NCBI RefSeq assembly: GCF_009834535.1
Contig: NC_045696.1
Location: 17,672,001 to 17,736,000 of the forward strand
Direction: 5' to 3'
From: Camelus ferus
Taxonomy: Eukaryota
DNA length: 64,000 bases
Shown: positions 37,828 to 50,117 of the stretch, piece by piece
Numbering within the stretch: position 1 is the first letter of the stretch
Layout: each line of letters starts with the position of its first letter
Translations under genes and position numbers: made by a program
The notes under the pieces: model-generated
Databases searched by the model: none
Seen by the model: the letters and a program-made list of their open reading frames with translations, nothing else
What the model was told of the DNA's origin: nothing

Positions 37828-39084
37828 TTCTTGCTTACAAAGTAAAGTTTTATTTGTGCCATGACATTCAAAACCTTTCCTTGTTCAGTTGTTGTCTGTC
37901 ACCTGAGCTCCACCATTTCACTCTCTTCCACTCATCTCTTATACTCTATCCATGCCAAGGATTCTCTTTTCTTTTTTCATTTACCTATTCCCTTTGTGCC
38001 TCTCTGCTTTGGTCATATTATTCCCTCTTTTAGAAATATTTTTCTTCCCTTGTCCATCTAACAGTCATGACCATTTTTCAAATTCAGCTGAAGAATTACC
38101 TCTGAGTGCTCCCTTGACTTTTGACTTTTCCAAGTAGACTTGTGGACATTTATTATGGTCCAGTAACCTTGGGTCTAATTTCATTTTAGGAAGTATTGAC
38201 ATGTCATGCAGAGAAATTTGTACATTTATAGTCAACTGCAATTGACACAAACTCCCAAATAATGTATAGAAAAAAAGCCATTTATTCTACTAAGGAATTC
38301 ACAGGAAAAAGGGGTGGTGATGATTACACTTCTTTTAGTTGGCTAAGATTGCTTGTTTTCAATTTTTTTTTTTTTTTTGTGGGCCATCTCAATGTTCCAA
38401 ATGCTGTCTGCATGTTATCACCACACGCTAAACACTATGCTGATTATTTTACTTTCCCCCAAAAGATTTGTGTTAAGTAAGCTTTCATTGATGGATTAGG
38501 ATGGAATAATAGGTGTGTATCACATCACTATTAACAACTTAAAGATGAATATTGTATTTCTTAAAAGTCTTTTGCATCTGTTATCAGAAATATCTTACAT
38601 TTTCCATGAACTCCAACTTCTCGTTCTTTTTCTTTTTCCTATTGCCCCTTTCACAGCTGATTTTACCCTCTGTTGGGTGTTAGCATCTTGTGCGGGGCAG
38701 TGTAGCATCTTTTCCAGATTCTATACTCAAGGCTTCTTGTTCTATACCTCGAAGTTTCAAGGTAGTTTCTTGAACAAAATTATCATTTTTCTAAAATTGG
38801 CTCTTGAGCTATTTTTAACCTACCTTATATTGACTATGATTTTCTTGACATATCAGAAACTTCTCAATGTTTTATTCATATAAATTTGTTCTGTTTCCAA
38901 TAAACACTTCTTCAATAAAAATTTATATAATTACAATAAATTCCAACTCAAGATTTGAACAACAGTTTTTGTTTATAATTCAGCTTTATTTATATAGGTA
39001 AAGCAAATTAATACTGTGGTATTAATTTTTCTTAATTGTTTTTGAGAACAAATTTCTTCTAAGTTGTTAAAAATCTTTAGAAAT

Positions 39085-40625
39085 TTTAGAAACTTCAAAC
39101 AACAAGCTTCAGTACAAGAAACAAAATTGATAGCACTGAAAGGAGAGATAGGAAAATCCAAAATTATAGTTGAGTTCTTCAATTTCCTGTTTTAACAAAT
39201 TGATAGGATTATTAAACAAAATCAATGAGGACATAGAAAAACAAACAGCAGGATCAACCAATAGGATCTAATTGGCATGTATTGAAGACTTCAACCAAAA
39301 GCCAATAGCTTCACATGCTTTTACTTTTTTCATGAGCCTATGAACATTTACCAAGATAGACCATATGCATAAAACAAACCTTATAATACTTAACAACTGA
39401 AATCTTACAGATTATGTTTTCTGGATCATAACAGAATTAAACTACAAGCCAACAACAGAAGGATAAGAAAATCTCCAAATACTTGAAAGTTAAACACACT
39501 TCTCAAAAAAATCCATCAGTCAAAGCAGAAGCCTCAGAATAAATTAAAATGAACACATAGAACTGAATGACAATACAAGATATCAAAATTTCTAGAATGT
39601 AACTTAAAAAGTGCTGAAAGGGAAATGTTTAGTGCTAACAATTTATAGTAGAAAAGAGAAAAGTTCTCAAATCAATTATTTAAAGTTCTACCTCAAAAAA
39701 CTAGGGGAAAAAAAGAGCAAAAAATCCCCAAAGAAAACAGAAACAAAGAAATAAAAGAACTTAATGAAAATATAAAAAGAATAGGGAAAATCAATCCAAA
39801 AAGCTGGTTTTTAATAAATTTGATATATCTAATAAATATATATATATAATAAATAAATATAACAAATAAAATTGATATATTTCTGTCTTAGTTCATTCTG
39901 GCTGCTATAACAAAATACCAGAGTAGGTGGTTTATCTACTACAGAAATTTATTTTTCACAGACCTGGAGTCTGGAAGGTTGACATGAGAGAGATACTATG
40001 GTCTGGTGAGAGCTCTCTTCCAGGTCACAGACTTTTCATTGTAGCTTCAAATGGCCACAGGCAGTAGGAAGCTCAGTCCAGCCTGTTTTATAAGGGCACC
40101 AGTTTCATTCATGAGGTCTCTGCCCTCATAACATGCTCAACTCTTCAGAGCTCCACCTCCAAATGCTAGCACCTTTGGGATTAGATCTCAACACAGGAAT
40201 ATTTTTTGGTAGGGTGGTGGTAATAAAAAGAATTCAGACCATATCAACTTCTAAAACTGACAAAAGTGAAAAAGGAGGTACAAGTCACTGATAAGCAGAT
40301 GAAAAGAAGAATGTCACAAGAAATCCTGAAGTCATTAAAAGGATAATGACAGAAACACTACAAACAACTTGATATTAGTAAATTCAACAAATTTAAATAA
40401 ATGGATAATTCCTTGACAGATTACTGCAATTCAATTTGAATAGTCCATAATCATAACAGAAATTTAATTTCTATTTAAAAATCTTTCTAAAAAGTATCAT
40501 CAGGCACAGATGATTTCATGGGTGAATTCTACAGAATACTTAAGAAGAATTGGCACCAATTTTACACATCTCTTCCAGAAAAGAGAATATAAGGGAACAT
40601 TTGTTATTCTTTTTTGATGCTATTT
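39085..40625 (+). mobile_element. Old L1M ORF2 (endonuclease/linker) fragment, split by a MaLR LTR
   Basis: GAACATTTACCAAGATAGACCATATG, TTTTCTGGATCATAACAGAATTAAACTA, CAGGCACAGATGATTTCATGGGTGAATTCTAC, CTCTTCCAGAAAAGAGAA. Confidence 0.8.
39884..40246 (-). mobile_element. MLT1A-like MaLR solo LTR
   Basis: TGTCTTAGTTCATTCTGGCTGCTATAACAAAATACC...ATTCAGACCATATCA. 5-bp TSD ATTTC/ACTTC. Confidence 0.88.
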
Positions 40626-41582
40626 TAATGGCCTCATTTCATTTTTTGATACCATGAGAATACATTTAAACACCTTTGTGACTAATATAAACAGAAATCT
40701 CAAATTTTATATAGCATTCTATAAAATGTATTGGGAAAAGCTAATTAAAAAAAAAAAAACATTCTCCTTAGATAGCTCTGTTTAGAGGGAGGGGTGACTA
40801 CATCTCACCCGATTTAGGAACACAGGAGACAGATTTTAATTTAGGAGTTTCATATCAATTTGCTGGGGTAGAAAATAGCAAAGAAAACAAATTATTTAGA
40901 TCCTTGAAATTCAAACCTGTATTTTCCTTGAAGAGCCTATGCAAAGACTAATGAGATGGTCTGAATTTTCAGTCTTTAGTTTAGTACTATTTAAGTAAAG
41001 TATACCTCAATCTTTAATACACATCTGCCACATTCCAAACCCTTTGATGTCAACCAATACGCAACAGAGTTCCTGTAATAATTCAAAGATTGCTTACACA
41101 TGTTGGATATAATTTACATGAAAGCATAGACATTGGTTATTAATTCCAATTGTCCCATAATTGCTTGTTTAGACTTACCTTCTAGTCCTTTCCTGTGTCA
41201 ATATGTAATTGACTGGTAGATCCAATAACTAGTTAAGATTCATATAGTTTACATCTTTAAAAGTTAGGATCACAATTTGTAAAAAGCATGTATCCTAAAG
41301 AATAGAGTGTCGGTTAAGAGGGGTTTTTTTTTTTATTATGGAGCAGAAATTATAATTTTAAAACTTACTATTATGAGGAGTTTTAAGCTGATAGAATATA
41401 GAGCAGAATAACACCATGGAGCATTTGAGAGTTTAAATATTATCATTATGGTAATTTTGAAAAAGAAAATTACTAGGTTTGTTTATTCAAATGAAATGGT
41501 ATAAATAAAAGATAAATAGACCCGTAATCTACATTGACTTCAGGAAAAGGAATATGAGAAATTGATAGCTAATTTGGTTGAA

Positions 41583-42060
41583 CGAGCAGCACTGTTCACT
41601 AAAGACAAGACACGGGACCAGTCTAAATGTCCATGGATAGATGAATGGATTAAAAAAAAATGTTGTATACATATATAATAGAATATTATTCAAACAAAGA
41701 AGAAGAAAATTCCTCAATATGTGACAATGTGGATGACCTTTGAAAACGTTATTATAAGTGAAATAAGCCAGTCACCAAAAGGTAACCATGGCATAATTCC
41801 ACTTACGTGAGGTATCTACAATAGCCACATTCATAGAATCAAAGAGTGGGATGGTGGTTGCCAGGGGATGAGGGGATGGAGAAGTGGAGAGTTACTATCA
41901 ATGAGCATAAAGTTTCAGCTAAGCAGGATGAAAAAATTCTAGAGATCTGTGTACACTGTATCCATAGTTAACGACTCTGTACTGCAGATTTAAGAATGTG
42001 TTAAGAAGGTAGATTTCATGTCAAGTGTTCTTACCACAATAACATATTTTTTAAAAGAGA
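41583..42060 (+). mobile_element. L1MA-type 3' end fragment
   Basis: AAATGTCCATGGATAGATGAATGGAT...TAAGTGAAATAAGCCAGTCAC...GGTGGTTGCCAGGGG...GGTAGATTTCATGTCAAGTGTTCTTACCACAATAA. Confidence 0.85.
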
Positions 42061-43727
42061 AATAATTAGAAAATTTTAAAAGGTCATTAGACAAAAATAG
42101 AAGGAATTAATGATCTAGACTTGGTAGTTACTGGAAAACCTTTTCTGATTTACAAGAAAAGCAAAGTGTAATGACAACAATAGTAACATGGTGAAGTATG
42201 GGTCCAGTGTCCCTACGTTTCATCAACAGAGGCTTGACTTAGAGAATATTTACTTGGTAAGATAAAAAAAGTGCATATTTTGCTTTGACATATTACTTGA
42301 CTGGAAATAGAAATAATGAAATGGATTCCTGGAGAGAAGACATGATGGTCTTCACACTACTATGAATATTTGCACATAGCAGGGAGGTCTTATAAAGGAG
42401 AATGAGAGTTTTCAGCAGACATAGCAAAATCTCTTGATCATCCTCTATTGAGAAAGAGTAACGTTGTGCCAGCTGATTGAGGAAATATAGTCAGTGGGCC
42501 CAGGTCCATTCCCAGAGTCAGCCAAACAAGGGTCCATTTGGAGCCGAGGACAGTAAACTGATCACCATGCCTGGAATGGATTGTGCAGAGGCTCTGGCCA
42601 GGTAAACAAGACACAATTGAGGAAATCTTTCGTGGTTTAGTACATGTTATTTTCCTTTTTAATTCAAATCTGAATAGAATTCAATCTTTCCTACCTTGTA
42701 GAGAGTTACACTGAAGCACAAATGTGCATGAGTCATACATATTTTGAAGAATGTTTACAATAGTGACAAGTATTTCTCTACAGTCTGTGAACAAAGTCTT
42801 GATGTGGCTGCCACCCTCAGCCATGTCACAGAGCCAGAAACATCACTATAGTCAAAGGCTGATGAATACTCTCCTACACCTGAACTTGTACCTCGAGTTG
42901 TGTTCAACCAACGCTTTCAAGTGGCCACCATTCGCAAAGCAGTAGATTAGGACGAGAAGGAGCCCTTCCTTTAGTTTATAGACCAGAAAGTAAATGAGAG
43001 TATTCTGTTCAACGTAAAAGGGAGAATTTAACCCAAAATATTGGCTTGCAATAGCTTTAGTTAAGTCAAAGATGTAGTTATTGTAATGTTAAATGACATT
43101 GAAAAGTGACATTTTGCCCCTCTGATTTTGTGATTTTCAGACAATGGTACCTACCAGTTCCCAACTGTGAAAGCTATGATTAGCATTCAAAAACATCATC
43201 AGCCTGCAAGTTTATCCTTAATGACATTTTTTTAAATGTATCTGAAAGTAAGAGGATAACAAATCTTAACAGTTAAAACTTTTTTTTTCCCCTGAGAGAG
43301 ATCTTCACATACAGGCACTCATAGTGATGGAGAAATTTAGTTAGAATTAAGGATAAAACTTCATGCCAATCATGAATTTTTTAAAGCTGTACTCAGTACA
43401 GCTCTTCTTAATAATAGAATTTTTTCTTAAACCTTATTTTCTGGTTTTCAAATGACCTAGGAGAATGATGCCAAAAGGCCAAAATAAATACTATTTTTTT
43501 TCTTGAATTTCTAGCCCAGAGAGTTTTGGACAGCATACAGAAAACACTTTCAGTAGATTTTATGTCATAGATTTGCCACATATGAAGACCCTAATCCTTA
43601 TATGTTGGCTTTTATAAAAAGTGATAAAAAAGTGAAGGAGAAATTTTCTGTACCCCAGTAGCTATTTTTGATGCCAGCTACCTTTGGTAGAACAGCAGCT
43701 TATGATGCCCATTTAGTTGACTGAGGT

Positions 43728-45018
43728 TGTTACAGCGAGGAGGGAAATGAGTTACCTCGAGACAAGGGGGACAGGGCACAGCCATTCAAGGAATGATACA
43801 GCAATTAACATCAAAATGGTGGAAGATTCAACCCCCAGTAGCCCTTGAGGCTCAAGATGGTGGGAGACTTAACTTCTAGTAAAACTTGAGCTTCATTATA
43901 CTCCCACTGTAATATATGTGTTAATATATTAACATGGTGAATAACATGCCCACAGGCACCATGGCAGTCCCAAGGCTAGCCACAAAAGGTCAAAGGGTGG
44001 GAAATGGCCAACTTCCTGGGAATCTCAGCCCCTTCCCCAGACTAGTTAGACTGTTCCTTCCACTTATTAGCATATGAAGCCACTGAGCCAATAAAAACTG
44101 GCCACCACCTCTCTCTCTCTCTCTCTTTCTGTCCTTCCCTCTCTCCTTCTCCCTCTCCCTCCCTCCCTCCTTCCCCCCACCTCCTTTCAGAAACGGCCCA
44201 CACTCTGTCTATGGAATGTGTACCTACTTTTAATCTGAGCACCCAGCCCCCACACCTTGTTGCCTTTCTCCTGCCTTTCAATGTATCTCTCTGAATAAAT
44301 CTACCTTTACTCAACTGTGGCTCACTCTTGAATTCTTTCCTGCTTGAAATCAAGGACCCACACTTGGCGGGGCACGTCCCAGGGGCTCAACCAAAGCCTG
44401 GGACACAGCCCTTCTCCCGCCTCATATCCATTTTTCTTGCATCAACCTTAGTTCTTAGTCACCTGAAAAAAATGAATTTTTAATCAAAGTGATACAAACA
44501 AGATTTTATTAGTAAAGTAAAAATATAGTAAAATACAGTGCACCCGCAAGAACTGGGGGCGGGCCAATCCAGGAGAGGAAAAATGGCGCCTCTCCTTTGT
44601 TTTTCCTGTTGTTTATATCCTGGCTTAGGAGTGTTCTTTTGTGATTGATTGATTTATGACTCAGTCCCCTGTGCTCAGGCTGGCTGACAGCTCAGTTCCT
44701 TGTGCTCAGGCACGCCTATCCCTTCTGTGCAGGTTCTTACCCAGGGTGCACACAGAGTAACCTACAGGAGGTAAGATAGCTCAAACTGCTATGTTAATTA
44801 CATTATAATGAGCATTGGGTCAGGTTAAGCATGGTCCTTCTCTCTACTGTGCAGCTGCAGCATTTGATTACAGCTGGCTTCTTTGCTGGCCCTCATTTAG
44901 AGAAAGTAAGTTTTTGAAGCCCCTTATCCTGAGTGCAGGTGTACTGTTATTTTCTGGGTTGCTCCTTTCCCCTAACTCTCCCCCTGCTCAGTGCTCATTT
45001 TTATCTAACTGCCTAACA
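43728..45018 (-). mobile_element. ERV1-type solo LTR (outer), interrupted by a second LTR
   Basis: TGTTAC...CCTAACA termini. TSD AGGT/AGAT. Its end resembles that of the 24311-24930 LTR (CTAACTGCCT). Confidence 0.75.
43758..44444 (+). mobile_element. ERV1-type solo LTR (inner) with a perfect 4-bp TSD
   Basis: (C)GAGACAAGGGGGACAGGGCACAGCC...AATAAATCTACCTTTACTCAA...TTGCATCA, flanked by ACCT (43754-43757 and 44445-44448). Reverse-complement homolog of 29379-30008. Confidence 0.9.
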
Positions 45019-46751
45019 AGATTACTCTTGCTTTCCTGCCTCAATGAAAAGTAACCTCATAAATGAGAGAAAGTAGAGAACTACTTTTAGAGATGGTGGA
45101 GAAGTACTTTCTGAAAATCTAGTTGTATCTAAATTATGTGTCAAATATATGTATTTTTAAATATAAATAGCAGATTGTTTTAAATAACTGTTTACTGTTA
45201 AAACTTCAGATAAGTTTCCCTGTGAATCTTTTTATTTGCTTGTTTATCTTATCAACTAACTCAAATGTTTTTATGAGGCTACTTCATTAAGATCAACATA
45301 CCAAAAACTCTGTGTGAGCATTTTTTGCTTATCAGTGCATCTTGTGCAATATTGTATGTAAGTAATACTACTAATTAATTCATAAATACATATTCAGACA
45401 TGCTAACTTTGCCAGGTGCCGGATGCACAACAGAAACTCAAACACACAACATTATGAAGCTTCCTGTCCAATGGACAAGTTTCATTGCCTAGTCTTTAAC
45501 AGAACTATGGAAAGGATAGATGCAAGTTAACCGACATTTGAAAAGAATCCTTAGGATATAATTGTTGTTAGGTTTTTCGCTAAGGTTAAGTGATTGAAAC
45601 CTGAGAACCAAGCATAATGCATTACAGAATCTAACAGTGCAGAATATTACATGTTTATGACATATGGGAGTGGTAGTAAATGATAGAATCACGACGTGAA
45701 AGTATTTTGATGAGCCAGAGAGGTGAGCCTAAGTTTATATGATGAAATTTAGCTGGATGTAATACAAGGTTCTCAGATCAAAAACATGAAAATAAACAAG
45801 CATTTAGCAGAATAACTACACTACTACAGAGGAAGAGAAGCAGTATTGGTTTAAACGATCTGGACAGCTTGACAATTTGGTAGTAAATTCAATACCAAGC
45901 AAGGGTGAGTGACGTGGGTAATGTGACTCATCCCAAGTCTGCTGCTGCGAAGTCATTCCGATCTGGGTTACGCTGATGGACAGTGTAAAATGAGGAATGT
46001 GATGGGAGCACAGAGCCAGGAGAATGATAGGACTCTGCCTGTCATTTGGTCGAAACTAAGTTTGTTCAACCTGAAGCCTCAGACTTCAAGAGAGATATTG
46101 ACAAAGTGGAAGACATTTGGAGCTGAGGAGACAGGTATTGTGAAGGGAACTGACAGTATGACAGATGAAGCCTCCTTAAAGGGATTGTGGATATTGAATC
46201 TGCAGAAGAGAAGATTCAAGGGGAACTGGAGAGCACCTCTCAAACAGACCAAGAGCTTTCGTGCACAAGAGGCATTTGATTTGTTCCTGTGGCCCTGTGG
46301 TTTCAAACGGGAATAAAAAAGCGAAAACTCCGGGGAGCATAATTTTTGCTAAACAGAAAGGGGAATTTTGTACCACTCCCAGCTGTGCAAAGACACCTCA
46401 GACTTCCTCTGGAGAGGCTGTAATATTTCCTGCATCACTGAAAGTGCTCAGGCCCAGGCTGGGAAAACACGCATTTGGCAGGTCAGTTAGATGGGGGATT
46501 CAACATCGAATGCAAATTGCACTAGATGCCCCTAAAGATCTCTTATCCCCTACCACTCTGGGAGTCTGTTCAAAGTACAATGTTATTCTTCTGGCCATTG
46601 AGCATGGGCATTCATCCACTTAGCCACTTTCTCCAAGAATGAAGTCTTTGATTTTTTTTTTTACCTTTACACATTTAATTTATAATATTAAAATTTTTTT
46701 ATTTAGCAAAGTTACCTAAGGAAAATGTCTAGAGCTACCTTCCTATCAGAT

Positions 46752-46790
46752 TATCTATCTATTATCTGTCTATCTATCTATCTATCTATA
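46752..46790. repeat. (TCTA)n microsatellite, imperfect
   Basis: Directly visible. Confidence 0.8.
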
Positions 46791-47519
46791 TCCCTTTAAA
46801 GCATAACTTAACCATAATTTATTTCATCAAAAGTTATTGAATTTTAAATATGGCTAGCTAGAAGTCAAATATTTTGTTTCAGGCAATATTAGTTGGAAAT
46901 ATCAAAATAATTTAAACAATACAAAAATATTTTATCCCCAACTATGGAACTAAGGGAGTTTGTAGTAGAGTAGAAACTTAGTGATTATCTCTGGTTTTTA
47001 GACCCCAAAACCTGGGGGCCAAGGACCCATAATGACAGAAAGACCTGCGTAGGGGCCCAGGCCAGCCACAGAGAAGGTCGTCATTGCAGTCACTTCTTTT
47101 GCCACTGCATATTGTCAGGCAGTGTGACCCAGAGCCCTCAGAGAGGGACCCCCCAACCAGCAGCTTTTCACTGACCCAAGACGTGCCCCCAGGAACCCAG
47201 ACACTTTTCTCAAGGTGTGGTACGTGCATAGCTTCTTTTCACAGCAACCCTTCTGCTTGTAGGCAGGGCCTACGGCTCCACCACTCCAGCAACTCCTCTC
47301 TCCTCCAGTATTCCCATTTCAGGACATCCCCATCCTCACTCTTCCAATAGCCTCAGTCCTTCCTACCTATCAACCCAGCCAGCTTGATATTCATCAGTAG
47401 GCCTAAACATGAAATGATCTTTCTTAACCCTTTGCAAATAAGGATGGGAGTCAAGGGTTATTACATTTGTGCTGGTTTGGGAAAATAATGTGAATTCCAT
47501 CCTTTATTTCTGTGCATAT

Positions 47520-48051
47520 TGACACAGGGTCTCCCTTTGACTAAACTCTTGTCAGGCACCACTGAAGCCTTTTCTGGACTAGGTCTCCACCTTGGCCCAT
47601 AAAGATCTGAACAAACACCAACATGGTTTCTAACAGCTCAAGGCTGCCTCCCTGGACTGATCCTAGCCCCACCTTAAGGTATTTGAGAAAACTCAGGGCT
47701 GCCAAAATCATTTGCTGTTTGTTCCAGCCAAGCCCTGAGGAGATTACCCCTGTCTCCTAGTCTCTGGGATGGTAAGAACCAGGTAACAAACCCAGATGGG
47801 TTTCTCAGGGACCAACTTCCTTTCCCATCTTTCCTACTTTTTGTAATTTTTCACTTGACTGACTGCTAAAGTTTTGGATATCCATCCCGAACTCCTTTAC
47901 TGTTCTCTCATTTTCCTTTTAAAACAACAGATCACCTCTGTACAAACCGAAGTTGAGTTCAGTTCACCCTGGGCCCTATTCCCTATTGCAATTACTTATT
48001 AAAAACTGTCCTCACATTTTTACTAGTGTCTGACTTTGTTTATCTTTGACA
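47520..48051 (+). mobile_element. MER39B-like ERV1 solo LTR
   Basis: TGACAC...TTGACTAAACTCTTGTCAGGC...AACATGGTTTCTAACAGCTCAAGGC...GAAGTTGAGTTCAGTTCAC...TATCTTTGACA. Confidence 0.78.
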
Positions 48052-49593
48052 GTGTATGAAGAACAGACATGATGACAATCTTATTTTCTTAACTTATCCC
48101 TGTTAAACACCAATCTAATTTATAAACACTAGGGTTTCCATGTTTCAGTACATTGCTCCCTGAAGGACACGGGCAAAATCAGAGCTAGTCATTAGTGGAG
48201 GTAGGAAGTTGAACTTGAAGAGATGAGTCTCTTTCTCTGTCTTCTCTGCTGCTTCTTTTTCTTTTGCCTTCCTCTCTTCCCTTCCTCTATTAGTTTATTT
48301 TAAAGTTGTTCGGATTTTTGCTTCAGGAGGTCAAGAGATAGATTTGGACTGAGATGAAATGCAGATTGTGAAACTCTCTCATAAACGAGACACTAGGTTA
48401 TCCTTTGTGTTTCTGTGCTCCTAATTTTCAATCTCTCAGTCTTCAGTACCATTTTTAAAAATTTTATCTTCCTGTTAGGCTTACTACAAGATTTAAAGGG
48501 AGGAATTATGCATCCCGAGTGCTAAGAAGGGAGCGGTGGTATTCCTCCCTCTGATTGCAATGATTTCTGTCAATGCGTGTTCAAAATATAGATACATCTC
48601 TTCTAGTCCTACTCTTCCAAAGTTTTAGTTGGTCACTAAATATAATGCACATGACATAGCAAGACTCAAAAGGGGCTTCTTTACCAACAAAAACTAAAAT
48701 AAGTCATGCCAAAAATAGAAAGACAACTAGGGCACAAATTACAAATATAGCACAGGATTCAGCTTCGATAAATTTTATACTGTGTATTTAAGTTGTAGGA
48801 TGTAAAATTGCTCCTATTACTGATCCTAATTCCTATACAGGCCAACAGATTTTGTCACAAAAGACATAAACCCTATAATTTTAGGAAATGCAAAGTAAGG
48901 TCTTAGGAAGAGGGTACTTGGTGGTATGGACAGAAATAACTTCCAGTGGCCAAAAAATGTTAAGTGCAGCTCAGATAAGGTCAGGCTGCCTTACTTAATT
49001 ATTTTAGCTGGGCAATTGTTTTGCTTCAGTTTTGAATCCTGTGGTCTAATCATTTGCTATTAAATTCAGGAAAAGTACCTATGGAAAGAGTGTGTGTAAA
49101 GTATTTTTATTCTTTTTTTTTCCTACTATCAGATAGCTATCAGTTCTGTGGCACCACAGAAACATCTGATACAATTTTGCAGCTCCAAATTTATGAGAAT
49201 AGAGGCATTTACAAGATCAGTTCTAATATCTGTATGATGATGTGAGCAGGAACCTCATGCTGATCGCTTCTTTCCCCCATGATTCCTGCAGCTCATCTAT
49301 TTGTAGGTCCTATGGATACAGTCTTTGTAGATTTCCCATTTCTCCCCTGCATTTTCATTCCCACTCTTCCTGTTAAGGCTCCAGTAGCTCAGGGGGAAGT
49401 AGGGGAAGAGAATGTAAGATTTGTGTCCCAGCTTCCTCTTTCTGCTGCTGTAACACTTTTCCCACGTCTCTGTCAGATTAAGTTTCCTGAAGCACAGATC
49501 TGATGATGTCTTTATTTTAACAAATATTTTTAGTCCCCTTTTTCCATGACCTTTAGCAAAAATATCCAAAGTCATCAGAATTTGAGGTCATCT

Positions 49594-50117
49594 TGAGGTG
49601 GGAAGCCCCATAAAAAAGACCGGCAGGACCCCAAGGCAGGGCCACTACTCTCCTGCCAGCACCATCTGGTTCCCTGGCCCAGCGGCTTTATCTCACTTTT
49701 TAGCCTCTGAAGTGGCTTACTTCTAGGAAAGTGAAACTTACCCCTAAAATTCTTTTGGTTCCCTAAGCTAACTCCTGATTGGTCCATTTGCATGGAGCTC
49801 ACTCCTGATTGGTTATTTCTCCCACTCCTGATTGGTCCATTTCTACAAAGCTTGTTCCTAATTAGTCAACTTTTGTTATACCTTATTTGCAAATGATGTT
49901 GCAAAGTATAAACTAGGAGCTTATAAAAGCCTGTGTAAACCTACAGACGGGGTCCAGAGCTTGGAGTGTTAACTCCTCTAGGCCCACTGGCATAATAAAC
50001 CTGAGTTCTCCAACTCTCCGAGTGCCGCTTGGTCTCTCACCCTGATCCAGGTTGCTGTCACAACTGAGCTATAACACTGAGCTGTAACACTGAGCTGTAA
50101 CATGCTTTTCTGCAACA
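49594..50117 (+). mobile_element. ERV solo LTR with well-preserved promoter motifs
   Basis: TG start, three ACTCCTGATTGGT units, TATAAAA at 49922, AATAAA at 49994, three 13-bp repeats, CA end (50102 or 50117). TSD unclear. Confidence 0.82.

Noticed and set aside
42566..42607. CACCATG...CCAG|GTAAAC as a possible first coding exon
   Set aside because: It is very short, with no recognisable peptide, promoter or partner exon, and is consistent with chance.
29379..44444. Full-length provirus between two related LTRs
   Set aside because: The LTRs are in opposite orientations with different TSDs, and I see no primer-binding site or gag/pol/env between them.
50063..50101. CRISPR-like repeat array
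   Set aside because: These are head-to-tail 13-mers without spacers inside an LTR, in eukaryotic DNA with no cas genes.
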